DNA of 64,000 nt from Candidatus Cloacimonadales bacterium (lineage in GTDB: Bacteria > Cloacimonadota > Cloacimonadia > Cloacimonadales > DAONDQ01), in assembly GCA_963662275.1 (NCBI GenBank), contig OY759316.1, positions 3,008,001 through 3,072,000 on the forward strand. Reading direction: 5' to 3'. How positions within the stretch are numbered: the stretch's first letter is position 1; each line of letters opens with the position of its first letter. Of the stretch, positions 1-11,200 are shown piece by piece. The position numbers and the translations under genes are program-made. The notes beneath the pieces were generated by a model, which was not told where the DNA came from, did not search any database, and saw only the letters and a program-made list of their open reading frames with translations.

Positions 1-576
1 GGGGAATGGACAATTGGAACAACAGAAGTGTTAACTGTACCTAATCCTGTAACCCTGACAACGCCTGTTAATAATGCTGCAAATCTGGCACTTGCACCTA
101 CAGTAAGCTGGACTCCATCACTTCTGGGAACTCCCGCGACTGTTTTTGATGTTTATTGTGATACAAACGCAGATCCGGTAACATTAGTCGGTTCTCCTAT
201 AGCATCTCCATTTACATTTACAATACCTCTCGCTTATTCAACAAACTACAATTGGAAAGTTGTTGCACGTAACGCTATAGGAAATTCTATCAACAATACA
301 GTTCGTTCATTTACCACAATCGATTTGAATACACCGACAGTATCATTGACAATTGATATTGCCACCGGGCAGCCCAAGCTTTCCTGGAATGCGATCCCAG
401 GAGCCAATAGCTATTACATTTATTGGGATGATAACCCTTGTGGGAATTTCCCTCCTGCTAAATTGATCAACCAGATTCAAACGACCAATTGTCTTCTCGA
501 TAGTACTGAATCCATGAGATTCTACAGAGTTGTTGCTTCTTCGAATGTAGTTCAAGCGAAGAACGGTAACAAATAG
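1..576 (+). CDS. 5'-truncated secreted/surface protein with FN3/Ig-like domain and C-terminal LSW..GA..Y.IY..P..FYRVVA domain
   Basis: Frame is open from base 1 (GGG GAA TGG...). Thr/Asn-rich beta-sandwich sequence; tail resembles that of 2428..7779. Confidence 0.75.
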   Translation, partial: GEWTIGTTEVLTVPNPVTLTTPVNNAANLALAPTVSWTPSLLGTPATVFDVYCDTNADPVTLVGSPIASPFTFTIPLAYSTNYNWKVVARNAIGNSINNTVRSFTTIDLNTPTVSLTIDIATGQPKLSWNAIPGANSYYIYWDDNPCGNFPPAKLINQIQTTNCLLDSTESMRFYRVVASSNVVQAKNGNK

Positions 577-614
577 TAACCTATAGAACATTGCATTGAT
601 CCCCTAGTCAAATA

Positions 615-640
615 GCGCAATCTCAGAAATGGGATTGCGC
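615..640 (+). terminator. Putative intrinsic terminator hairpin
   Basis: GCGCAATCTC-agaaat-GGGATTGCGC followed by TTGTT, ~40 bp after the stop codon. Confidence 0.6.
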
Positions 641-659
641 TTGTTAGTTCTAATACCCT

Positions 660-1291
660 CTACCTCCCCTCTTGAGAAGGGAAGTAGTTACTAAGCTAAT
701 TCGAAGTATAGGGGAGTCTCTTTTATCTGTAAATCTTCAATCTACAATTTTCAATCTGACTCTGTGGAAAAAAGTAGCTAAGGAATACTGGAGTCCAAAT
801 CGCCACCGTGACTTGTTGATAATCGATTAATTATAGGCGATACGGACTTCCGTATTCCGATTACCTAAACAATTGTTTATTATCACTTTAAGTTCGTTAA
901 TTTCGCTAATGCCGAAGTCCGCAATTCCTATAAACTGGTAGTAGTATGGTTGTTTTCGTAGGAATTTTGAACTCCGGCATGCTTGTCTGGACTTTTTTCC
1001 ACAGAGTCTCAATTTTAAATGAACTGTTGTATAATTACTATATCAAAACGGTAGCAATACGGTTTTTTACCGTAATGCTACCGTATTGCTACCGTATTGG
1101 TACCGTAATGCTCATTAGGATTTAAGATTGAATTTATGATTGAAGACAGAACTTGGGAATTCTAAATGAATGTTAGATATTGGAAAATTGTTATTCTGTT
1201 TTTTGGATTCGTACTTCGTAAATCGAACTTCGGACTTCTCTTGATTCCCATCGGGAAGACAGATATTAACACTGGATTTCAATCCGGTGAT
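660..1291 (+). repeat. Composite dispersed intergenic element (CCCCTCTTGAGAAGGG hairpin, heptamer runs, 11-bp ACCGTAATGCT repeats, REP-like hairpin); inverted homolog at 34702-34970
   Basis: Blocks 660-750, 1011-1120 and 1237-1291 align by eye to the reverse complement of 34702-34970. Confidence 0.75.
758..1008. mobile_element. MITE-like insertion, 251 bp
   Basis: Perfect 18-bp terminal IR GACTCTGTGGAAAAAAGT (758-775 / 991-1008); absent from the homologous element at 34.9 kb; flanks TCAATCT / TCAATTT. Confidence 0.6.
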
Positions 1292-1485
1292 ACGAGTCTC
1301 ATACACAGCGGGATGATAGATTCTCTTTACCTATTTCGCCGGATTGAAATCCGAACGTTATTACCTGTCGTCAGTACCTGACTAATTTTATATCGTAATA
1401 TAAATAAATGTAGACTTATTTATATTATGTTGGTAGAAAGTCAATATGAAGGAATTGACTCTTTATATTTCCATGAGGGGTATTT

Positions 1486-2232
1486 ATGAGTAATTTATGC
1501 AAGAATTGTAATTCTGAAACTACAGATTTGTTTTGTCCTCATTGCGGACAGTCCACTTCTACAAAAAAGATCGATTGGGCTTTTTGTTTCACGGAATTTA
1601 TCTTCAATAACTTCACTTTCCATAAAGGGATGCTTTTTACTATAAAGTCACTGGTTCTGAATCCAAAAAAAATGGTGGAAAACTACCTGGAAGGAAAAAG
1701 AATCGGCTATACTGGAGCTGTTCAATTCTTCTTATTCATTCTCATTTTTAAAGGTATTATTTCTCTCATAGTGGGAGATGTTGGATCTGAAAAACCGGTA
1801 ACGATTACGACCAACGGAAACAGCTCACCAATTGACATGCAAAGTTATATTAGACCCATGATCTTTATTTTTGTTACCATTTCTTCTCTTGGAAATTACC
1901 TGATCTATAAAAACAGGAAATTTAGTCTTGCGGAGCATTTTGTTCTAAACTTCTATATTATTGGCATGTGCATTTTCCTCACTCAAGTATTCGATTTAAT
2001 CACATTTAACAAATCCCAATATTTGCATGTATTAATCATGGCATTGATCATTATTTCTTATTACATTCGGATATTCTATGATAGGAAAATCAGGATTGTA
2101 GATTTTATTAAGGGGATTTGGTGTATGATCGTGAACCTGATCTTTGCGATAATTGTAGTGCTTAGCGGAATAATTATCTATGGGTATCAGCATAATTTAT
2201 TACAGAATCTGAGTTTCTCCCAATGGTGGTGA
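1486..2232 (+). CDS. DUF3667-like membrane protein with N-terminal zinc ribbon
   Basis: CKNC..FCPHCGQ, P..MVENYLEGKR..Y motif, HFVLNFY, several TM segments. Confidence 0.8.
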   Translation: MSNLCKNCNSETTDLFCPHCGQSTSTKKIDWAFCFTEFIFNNFTFHKGMLFTIKSLVLNPKKMVENYLEGKRIGYTGAVQFFLFILIFKGIISLIVGDVGSEKPVTITTNGNSSPIDMQSYIRPMIFIFVTISSLGNYLIYKNRKFSLAEHFVLNFYIIGMCIFLTQVFDLITFNKSQYLHVLIMALIIISYYIRIFYDRKIRIVDFIKGIWCMIVNLIFAIIVVLSGIIIYGYQHNLLQNLSFSQWW

Positions 2233-2327
2233 TTACTTCAGGAATCGTGGCAGCATCGTTTACGTTGCTTTTCTGCAGAGCAGTCAATACTTGAAGAAAT
2301 TTCCACACAGCTAAAGGAGTAGCCACC
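2226..2327 (+). ncRNA. Candidate structured RNA/DNA element, copy 1 (copy 2 at 32343-32466, minus strand)
   Basis: 44/45-nt identity at the 5' block, shared AAGGAGTAGCCACC end, ends can base-pair. Confidence 0.4.
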
Positions 2328-2374
2328 TTTATTGTCACCAGTAATGAAAAGAATAATTCATCAAATTACCCAAT

Positions 2375-2406
2375 AAAAAACCGGGATCAGTATTATCTGA
2401 ACCCGG
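2375..2406 (-). terminator. Putative intrinsic terminator of the 1783-aa gene
   Basis: CCGGGATCAG..CTGAACCCGG stem next to A6 (U-tract on the minus strand). Confidence 0.6.
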
Positions 2407-2427
2407 CATTATGTTATTGTTTGTTTC

Positions 2428-5400
2428 TTATTTACCTGAAGGGCTGCTCAAGGCAGTTACTTTGAAGAATTTATATCCTTGTGAGACAGGTATTCCGATA
2501 GTAGTTGTGGCGATCACAACCGTGCTATACCAGGCACCTGGTTCGGGTGAGTTATTCATATATACACGATAGGCACCTGCACCGCTCACAGAGTTCCAAA
2601 TCAGGCTGATGATACCGGTTTCGTTGTTTATGGCTATCTGCAGGTTCTGTGGAGCAGTTAGAGTCAGCAAAGTATATTCATAACAGCCCATATCCGGTGT
2701 ATTACGAAAACTGCCAGCAATGTCAGTGTTGATACCACTAATTGCTGTTCCTGCATTGATTGCAGGAGAACTGCTCAGCAGCTCATAAGTGCTACCATTC
2801 AGCATAGGATCTGCAAAGATGGAATATTGATCACCTGTATTTTGATTCCACCAATAAGAACTATTGATGATCGTGCTGCCAAGCTTCACTGCCTGGATGC
2901 CAGTACTGTAATAGAGATTATGCGTCCATTTCTGTGATTCAAAATCAAAAAGCTGAGAGAAGATCGCTGCTGAACTAGCTCCGGCTTTACAGATATTATC
3001 CATAAAAGCAAGTTCTGAACAACTCGCACCCTGTCTAAAGGCTGCGCCATCGGAACCAGTGTATGTGTTGACGAATGTATTGTAGTACATCTTTGCATTC
3101 GGGACGTTCTCTAAGTTTACCGAATATTGAACATTGGCACCGGTTTGAACATAGTTATTCACGATAGACTGAGTTCCACCTGTTGTACCAAAGCCATTGA
3201 GCGAGATTCCGGAATAGCCGTTCCCTGTAATTTTGTTTTCTTTGATCTCAGCATTTGAAATTCCATTGTTTTGTGTGATTCCCATATACTTGAAGGAGTT
3301 AATTGTATTCTCGTTTGTTTTTGGAGCAGACATGTAACTAATTTGAATTCCTGTATACGGATTCACAATTGTATTACCGGTAATTTGCAATCCTGTACTA
3401 TACTGAGGAAAATTACTAATTCCGTAGAGATTGAATCCATAGGATAGATTTGATATCCAGTTGTTTTCAAAAAGCAGGTTGGTAAAAGGAATACCAATTC
3501 CACTGATTGCTGAGCTATTGGTCGTATTTTGGGAATTCGGTGTGAGCAGGAAAGAACAGTTTGAGACTGTGAGATCCTCGGTATATCTTTCCAGTTCCAA
3601 ACACTTCGCGTAATGGGTATTCTGCGGCATAAAGGCCAGGTTGGATAAGGTTAGATTCCGAGTATTAAACAGTTTCAACATTCCGTTTGTCTCTTCAGTA
3701 GAAGCGTTTCCATTAAATATTGGTGAATTACCAAGAGTTCCTGTTATTGTGAGATTATTGCTGAGAGAGTTGGGAACATATCCCAGGTCTGCATCAAGAG
3801 AATAATTACCTGCCTGCACATCCAATATCACATCACCTGATATTCCACGTCTCATCAGATCAAGCCAAGCTGTGCTGAGATCAGTATAATTTCCGGTGAC
3901 GCCAACGGTCTTTGTCCCTGTGACTTCTGTGCCGTAATTCGGTATCACACTTGCACCTAAATCATGATTCGTTGGGAAAGCAACACCATCGATATCTGAA
4001 GCAACAGTTGTATGAATCCCTTTGCCACGTAAATAAGAACACTTCGTGTAGCCATTGGCATCAGGCAATGGATTGGCATAAATACCACTCTGATTCGTAA
4101 ATAAACTGGAGATGAATTCTGCTACACCATATCTCACACTGGCTATCTCTGCTATATGCTTGCCACTGTTATAGAAAGCATTATTCCAGTAACTGACGTC
4201 TGTAGCTGTCGCCACATTCAATGCTAAACCTGAAAACGGTGAAGAAAGGATATTATTCTGTAAGATCGTATTCGGACTTTGATAGATCGTCAATGCACTG
4301 CCATAATCAAAGCTGGCAGCACCTGAATTCTCTATGTTGATAGTATTGTTGGTGAGGGTTACAAAAGAGGAATACGCTACGCTCATACCATTTGCATTCG
4401 GACAGCTGCTGTTGCGCAGAGTTACGATATTGTCATACACTCTGACAGGATTTGCCAGCGTGCCTAACACATTGGAGAGACTCACAAGAGTTATCCCTGA
4501 GTAGATTCCTGTAGCATGAAAACGGTTCTTATAGACACTTACATTGCCATCCACATAGTAGAGCGTCATGCTATTGTTGAATGCAGTACAGGTGTTCCCC
4601 GTTATTTCCACGTTGGTTGTTTTGGTAATGCTGATCGGGTTCGCGGTTCCGGTGAAAGTGCAATTTGCCACCCTGACATTACTGTAATACGCACCGTTGT
4701 AATAATCACCAACATACACACCATTTGTTCCATTCTGGAAAATGCAGTTTTCAACAGTCAACCCACTCGCCACAGAGTATCTTGTCGGATAAATTCCTGT
4801 ATTCATGTATGTGGTAAGTATGAAGGTACAATTAGTGAAAATGATATTATCGCAGGCACCTGTCAATTGGACAACACTGCTATAATTGGTCGCAGAATTC
4901 GTACTGAACCGGAATCCAGTGAAAGTGACGTTATCAGCACCCTGTAGTTTGAAAAAGTAATTATCATCAGTTTGAGGATTAACAGCATTAAGTACAAACT
5001 GACAGCCCGCTGCTGCGATCCAATTGATTTTATAGAGAGGTGAAGTCGTTGGGTATTGTTTTATCTGATTGTATCCTGCATAGGTTCCAGCAGTGATAGT
5101 GACATTCACGTTGCCATTGATGCCGTAGAGGTTAATGTCATTGAGGAATGCTTGTATCGTAGGATAATTGCAGCCTGTGGCACCGATGGTGTAATTCCCG
5201 GATAGTCTGGTGGTAATTAGAACACCTGTCTGCTGATCAGCACCAATATCAAAACCACCCGTACGAATTTCGCTATCCATATCATCATTGATTTCGGTTC
5301 TATTAGCCCCGACATGACGGAGCCAAGGACTCCCTGTGTGAATATCAGTCGCTAAAAATGGATTCAAATTCAAGGAAGCGCTGTTGATTTCAGGGATAGC

Positions 5401-7779
5401 TGCCTGCATAGCAGTCAACGAAGAATAATAATTACCGATTCGGGCAAAGTAAGTGCCCTCACCGTAATAACAATTGTTGTTGATCACTTTATCTGCTGAA
5501 TGAGTGTAGGATGTAATATCGAAAGAAATCCCTAAAGGAGCAGTGAAGATATTATTCACAATATCCACGCCGGTACCTAGCCCACCGGTATAGAAAGCAG
5601 TACCGTTGCCCTCGTTCAATATAGAGTTATTGAGAATATTAAATCCATTCCCGTTGAAAGTAAGTCCATTACTGCCATTGGCTTCACCTGTTACCTTGAT
5701 CACATTGTTGGCAATGAGATTACGATCTGTGTTGAGAGGGTTCAGATTGTAGGCTGCGATTCCAGTGAACTGACCAGTTCCCTGGATGTAATTTTTGATG
5801 ATCCTCACACCGTTATCACCATTGATATGTATACCTGCAGAACGCATGTTCGTCATACGATTGCTAATGACTTCAGCATCACTGATCTGGGTAAAAACGA
5901 TCCCTTGAAGTTGGTTATCAAACAAACAGCTTGCGATATCCCATTTAGTCCCACTAACATAAATACCATATCCATTGCCTGTGAAAGAAGATCCGAGTAA
6001 GAACATCTCAGAGGCATTTGAGCCATAAGGCATATAAAGACTCGCACCTGCATTGTTATTGGGAGCAATAAAATCGCAATAACGGAACTGCAGCTTTGTA
6101 TTGTACCCCGATAAAAGAACGAGGTTCGAATAGGAAGTGGCAAGTGTTTGGAAAGTGATGTTATCAAAAATAACTTCTTTCGTTCGGGTTAGTTTGAGAA
6201 GATAGCTATCAACCTCATCCTGTGTGGAAAAGCGAATGATTGCATTTACCGGAGTTGAGGAGGTTATGGTAAGCACAGCACCTGGACCGCTGCCGGGTAT
6301 CTTCTCTAGTATGAATTGTTCTTCATAAAGTGCATTTGTGAGATTCGCCGTTACATTGGCACTCATCCCTCTCAAACCAATACCTTGGGCAAAAGCTGCC
6401 ATCGTTGTATAAGTCCCGCCTGTACCAACAGTGATCGTACCGGAAAGTGGAGTCATCGCAGGATTGGAAGTATATTCCCAGGCACCGATATCCGGTGTTG
6501 TTAGGCTGCGTGGATTACCGTTATAATCAATTGTCACACCACAGGCAGCATAAAGATTGTCTAACCTGGGAGCTGTATTATGCAGTAACTCATCCGAGAA
6601 GAAAGGATTCAGGCTTTGGTTGGTCGTGCCTGTGAGAGCATTGAAATCCTCGATCTCTATGTAACTGGCATTATTCACATTTGCAATATACATTGCTCTT
6701 GTATATAAGTTGTTGTTTTCAATGATGTTGTGGCTGCCTTGAAGAGGATCAATATTACTGGCGAAAACAGCGTATGCTCCTCCCGTGCTGATGAAGTGAT
6801 TTTGTCTGATGATATTAGAATTGCCACTGACTGAGAAAGCTGCAGTTTGATATGTAGTGGATGATGTGCATAAAACACTGTTATGGGCTGCGAATACATT
6901 GTTAGCATTGATCTGCATCCCTGGTGAGGCACTTACAGTAATGATATTATTGCTGATATGCGGTGTTGCTGAAGTACTTGGTGTTACGTAATTCAAGGCA
7001 ATTCCATAGTAGGAAGCGCTGATCCTGTTTCTGCTTACATCGAGGCTTCCTGCTCCATTTTCGAGGTAAATACCTGACGTAACACCTGTCATAATTTCAT
7101 TTCTGATTGCAACATCTGACGCTCTGGATAGTGATATTCCACTACCTCCTGTGTGAGTGTTGGAAAGAATCTGCCAGGCAGATAAATTACTCAAACTGCT
7201 TCCGGCATACAGCGAAATATGCAATCCGCCATTATTGAAAACATTCCCTGATATCAAGATATTGTCTTCATCGTTTGTACCATCTGTTACGAAGTACAGT
7301 GTTTGATTGTAGCTTGTATCCGTACTGATAACCCCTTCAAAACGATTGTTGCTGAAGGTCAGGTAATCAGAATTGCCCTGGACATCAATGCAACGGGAGT
7401 AAGTGCCTGTTGGGGAAAAAGTAACATCGTCAATAGTAACCTTGCTGGTTTGATCGATTTTCAGTATATAATTACTCTCGTATGTTGAGGAAGGATTCGT
7501 AAGAATCACTTGACTGTCATCATAGATACCCGAAGAGATTGTTAATACATAGGAATTGCCAGGAATATTGATCACAAACGGTCCTGCATAAGTTCCCGGA
7601 TTCAGGTTAAAAGTTACAGCAGCGCTTAATCCCTGCGCATTTGCAGCAGCGATTGCTGCGGTCAAAGTTGCATAATTGGCTGTTCCGCCACCAACAGTAT
7701 AACTGCCGGTCAATGGCAAACAAAAAGCCAATGTTGTCATCAGTAGCAAAAACAAGGTTACAGTCAGTCTCATGTACAA
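2428..7779 (-). CDS. Large secreted protein with four tandem right-handed beta-helix modules
   Basis: Signal peptide; four modules starting (L/V).G..T(V/I)G..Y and ending D(I/L/M)G(A/C); Asn-rich PbH1-like repeats; C-terminal LIW..VSGA..Y.VY..FFKVTA domain. Confidence 0.85.
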   Translation of the reverse strand: MYMRLTVTLFLLLMTTLAFCLPLTGSYTVGGGTANYATLTAAIAAANAQGLSAAVTFNLNPGTYAGPFVINIPGNSYVLTISSGIYDDSQVILTNPSSTYESNYILKIDQTSKVTIDDVTFSPTGTYSRCIDVQGNSDYLTFSNNRFEGVISTDTSYNQTLYFVTDGTNDEDNILISGNVFNNGGLHISLYAGSSLSNLSAWQILSNTHTGGSGISLSRASDVAIRNEIMTGVTSGIYLENGAGSLDVSRNRISASYYGIALNYVTPSTSATPHISNNIITVSASPGMQINANNVFAAHNSVLCTSSTTYQTAAFSVSGNSNIIRQNHFISTGGAYAVFASNIDPLQGSHNIIENNNLYTRAMYIANVNNASYIEIEDFNALTGTTNQSLNPFFSDELLHNTAPRLDNLYAACGVTIDYNGNPRSLTTPDIGAWEYTSNPAMTPLSGTITVGTGGTYTTMAAFAQGIGLRGMSANVTANLTNALYEEQFILEKIPGSGPGAVLTITSSTPVNAIIRFSTQDEVDSYLLKLTRTKEVIFDNITFQTLATSYSNLVLLSGYNTKLQFRYCDFIAPNNNAGASLYMPYGSNASEMFLLGSSFTGNGYGIYVSGTKWDIASCLFDNQLQGIVFTQISDAEVISNRMTNMRSAGIHINGDNGVRIIKNYIQGTGQFTGIAAYNLNPLNTDRNLIANNVIKVTGEANGSNGLTFNGNGFNILNNSILNEGNGTAFYTGGLGTGVDIVNNIFTAPLGISFDITSYTHSADKVINNNCYYGEGTYFARIGNYYSSLTAMQAAIPEINSASLNLNPFLATDIHTGSPWLRHVGANRTEINDDMDSEIRTGGFDIGADQQTGVLITTRLSGNYTIGATGCNYPTIQAFLNDINLYGINGNVNVTITAGTYAGYNQIKQYPTTSPLYKINWIAAAGCQFVLNAVNPQTDDNYFFKLQGADNVTFTGFRFSTNSATNYSSVVQLTGACDNIIFTNCTFILTTYMNTGIYPTRYSVASGLTVENCIFQNGTNGVYVGDYYNGAYYSNVRVANCTFTGTANPISITKTTNVEITGNTCTAFNNSMTLYYVDGNVSVYKNRFHATGIYSGITLVSLSNVLGTLANPVRVYDNIVTLRNSSCPNANGMSVAYSSFVTLTNNTINIENSGAASFDYGSALTIYQSPNTILQNNILSSPFSGLALNVATATDVSYWNNAFYNSGKHIAEIASVRYGVAEFISSLFTNQSGIYANPLPDANGYTKCSYLRGKGIHTTVASDIDGVAFPTNHDLGASVIPNYGTEVTGTKTVGVTGNYTDLSTAWLDLMRRGISGDVILDVQAGNYSLDADLGYVPNSLSNNLTITGTLGNSPIFNGNASTEETNGMLKLFNTRNLTLSNLAFMPQNTHYAKCLELERYTEDLTVSNCSFLLTPNSQNTTNSSAISGIGIPFTNLLFENNWISNLSYGFNLYGISNFPQYSTGLQITGNTIVNPYTGIQISYMSAPKTNENTINSFKYMGITQNNGISNAEIKENKITGNGYSGISLNGFGTTGGTQSIVNNYVQTGANVQYSVNLENVPNAKMYYNTFVNTYTGSDGAAFRQGASCSELAFMDNICKAGASSAAIFSQLFDFESQKWTHNLYYSTGIQAVKLGSTIINSSYWWNQNTGDQYSIFADPMLNGSTYELLSSSPAINAGTAISGINTDIAGSFRNTPDMGCYEYTLLTLTAPQNLQIAINNETGIISLIWNSVSGAGAYRVYMNNSPEPGAWYSTVVIATTTIGIPVSQGYKFFKVTALSSPSGK

Positions 7780-8156
7780 TTCTCCTTTTCAGAATCAGAT
7801 TCAATTATTTTTCGAATTATTTTCAGATGGAATTTCAAAGAGTGTATTACAGATAAATAAGCAATAACTACAAATGAATGTGTATTTTTTTATTTTGTCC
7901 TGTTTAAGTCAAGGAAAAATGCGGTACTTTTACGATCCCACCCATATTTAACCAGCCTGATTTTTTTTTGTTTTAACGAAAACTCAGATACTTCAGACTA
8001 TTATTTTGCACATTGCCATGATCTAGATAATTCTTGTTTTTTATAAAGACTAGTAGGAAATTCGAACATCCATGTAGTAATCATAGGATTATCAGTTTGA
8101 TATATATTAAATCATATTGATATTTTCCCGACCATCATTCAAGCTAGATTTCTTTC

Positions 8157-8185
8157 TTGACATAAATGTGCCAATACAGTAAAAT
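8157..8185 (+). promoter_or_regulatory. Sigma70-type promoter
   Basis: TTGACA-17 bp-TAAAAT, ~90 bp upstream of the 8274 ORF. Confidence 0.6.
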
Positions 8186-8273
8186 TATAACAATTAGTGA
8201 AGCATCTAATACAAGGATAGAATTGTTCTTGGTTTCTGAAATTTGAATCAAATAACCTTGAGAGGAACTCATA

Positions 8274-11200
8274 ATGATGATTAGAGAATTTATTTCTTAT
8301 TTATTCAAAGAGCATGATCTATTTCTATTGTTTGTGATCATCTTATCTACTCCATTGAGTCTTTTAGCACAGTTTACCGAAATTAATACCAACTTACCTA
8401 ATGTTGGAATTAGCTCTGCTGCCTGGGGTGATTATGACAACGACGGTGATCTGGATATTCTCCTTACGGGATACGAAATCAATATCGGAGTTTATTCTAG
8501 AGTCTATCGGAATAATGGTAACAGCACTTTTACAGATATATATGCGGGTTTAACTCCCGTGCAAGTAGGCTCTGTTGCCTGGGGTGATTATGACAACGAT
8601 GGTGATTTAGACATTCTGCTAACTGGACGAACAATCGATGGTGTTTGTATTTCCAAGATCTATCGAAACAACGGTAACAGCACCTTTACTGATATTAATG
8701 CCGGCTTAACAGGTGTATGTTATAGCTCAGTCGCTTGGGGTGATTATGACAACGATGGTGATTTGGATATCTTGCTGACAGGAGCTCAAGGTGTATTTCC
8801 TAATTATAATCAAGTCTCTAAAATCTATCGAAATAACGGTAACAGCACATTTTCTAGCATTACTGTTGGTTTGATAGCAGTTCATGATGGTTCCGTCGCC
8901 TGGGGTGATTATGATAATGATGGCGATTTAGATATTCTGCTAACCGGACAATCAACCGGATATGAATATAATATAAAAATCTATCGTAATAACGGTAACA
9001 ATACATTTACTGAGATTGCTGCCAGTCAAGTAATTGTATCGGTAGCATTTAGCTCCGTTGCCTGGGGAGATTATGATAATGATGGTGATTTGGATATTCT
9101 CATAACGGGAGGTGGTTTTTCCTTAGTTTATCGAAACAATGGAAATAGTACCTTTACTAACATAGGTGTTGGTTTGACCTTAACAGGTGTCGATAATAGC
9201 TCCGCTGCTTGGGGAGATTATGACAACGATGGTGATTTGGACATTCTGCTGACGGGATATGTTCAATCAGATAGCACAAGGATTGCCAAGGTGTTCCGAA
9301 ATAACGGTAACAGTACATTTACCAATATTGGTGCCAACCTGACAGGTGTCTCTCAAGGTTCTGTTGCCTGGGGTGATTATGACAACGATGGCGATTTGGA
9401 TATTCTGTTGACGGGTTGTTTTTATAATTACAATAATAATAGTTGGATTAATCTCACCAAAGTCTATCGTAATGATATCACTGTTCAAAATACTATTCCA
9501 ACAGTACCCTCAAATTTACGGTTGAACACTGTTGGAGATTATATAAATTTTCAGTGGAATGCAGCAACTGACACTCAAACTCCGGCATCGGGATTAAACT
9601 ATACAGTAAGAGTAGGCTCTACTCCTGGAGGAAACCAGATTTCAGCTTCGATGTCTAATACTACAGGGTATAGATTAATACCTGTCAAAGGAAATGCCAA
9701 TGGGACGTGCAGTTGGAAAATAGCTGCTTCGGTATTATCTAATTATAATAAGTTCTACTGGAGTGTACAGGCAATAGATGGGGCGTATGCAGGATCAGAA
9801 TTTGCCTCGGAAGCAATCTATCAATCGATAAGAGTAATCGCACCTTACGGAGGAGAAAACTGGCAGACAAATTCAGCTAAGACAGTGTACTGGACTGCTC
9901 AACCAGCAATTAGCCAAGTCAATATTTTGCTATCTACCAACAACGGGGCTAATTGGAACACTCTCAATACAAGTCCGGTTTCAGCAGCGTTGGGCAGGTT
10001 CTCCTTTACCGTTCCTTCTACTGTATCAAATCAATGTCGAATCAAAGTAATCAGCACTGCCAATAATAATTTATTTGATACTTCTGTGAATGTCTTTTCC
10101 ATTAGCAGCAACCCTGGTTCAAGTTTGTCTTTGACTGCCCCGACTAATACAAAGCTGCAAGCCGGAAATATCTATAACATCACTTGGATAGCAAACGGTA
10201 TACAAAATATCAAGCTGGAATATACACTTGATGCCGGACTAAATTGGAATTCCATTGTATCTTCCTTACCAGCCAGCAACGGGACATATACCTGGACAGT
10301 TCCCAATACTCCTGCGGCAACCTGCTATCTCAGAATATCCGGAGTAACAAATCCAACTGTTTATGATTGGAGCGACGAACCATTTTGTATATATAACTTA
10401 CAACTCACCAGCCCAAATGGAGGCAATCTGTTCCAAGCCGGTTCTTCACAAAACATAACTTGGTCATCCGCCCAGATTGCTAATGTTAAACTGGAATATT
10501 CACAGAATAATGGCTCAAACTGGACACAAATCATTGCAAGCACAGGAGCTTCAACTGGAACCTATAGCTGGTCTGTACCAAACCTAGCAGCAAGCCAGTA
10601 TATCATCAGGATTAGTGATACAACAGATAGTACTATTAACGATTTTTCTGATAATATCTTCACTGTAGTATTACTGAATATCACTTATCCAAGTGCCCCA
10701 AGTACCAAGCTTCGAGCAGGTAATCTTTGTAATATTACCTGGAATCAGCAAGGTTTGTCTGGGACCGTAAAACTGGAACTGACGACTAACAATGGAAGCT
10801 CTTATACTTCGATAGCCACAGGAATAAATGTATCTGAAGGAACATATTCCTGGCTTATCCCAGATATATCCTCTTTGAATTGTAAGATAAGAATCACTTC
10901 TGAACTGTATGGTTTGATTTTAGATAGCAGTGATAATAATTTTACAATCTGCAGACTGATACTGAACACTCCAAACGGTTCTGAAATATGGAGTTCCGGA
11001 TCAGTTCATACAATTTCTTGGACAAGTATCTATATTCTTGCATTAAAACTGGAATATTCACTTACAAATAGTAATAATTGGATTCAAATAGCACCAACTA
11101 TTTCAGCTTCATTAGGATCATATTCCTGGACGGTACCTGCGGTTAATTCAAATCTGTGCAGAGTACGCATTTCTGATGTGACTTTCCCTCAAATATTAGA

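Noticed and set aside
827..1381. Small ORFs (61-71 aa)
   Set aside because: They lie within the composite repeat/MITE region and show no recognisable motifs or RBS.
8420..9420. DNA repeat array
   Set aside because: These are coding FG-GAP protein repeats with synonymous variation.
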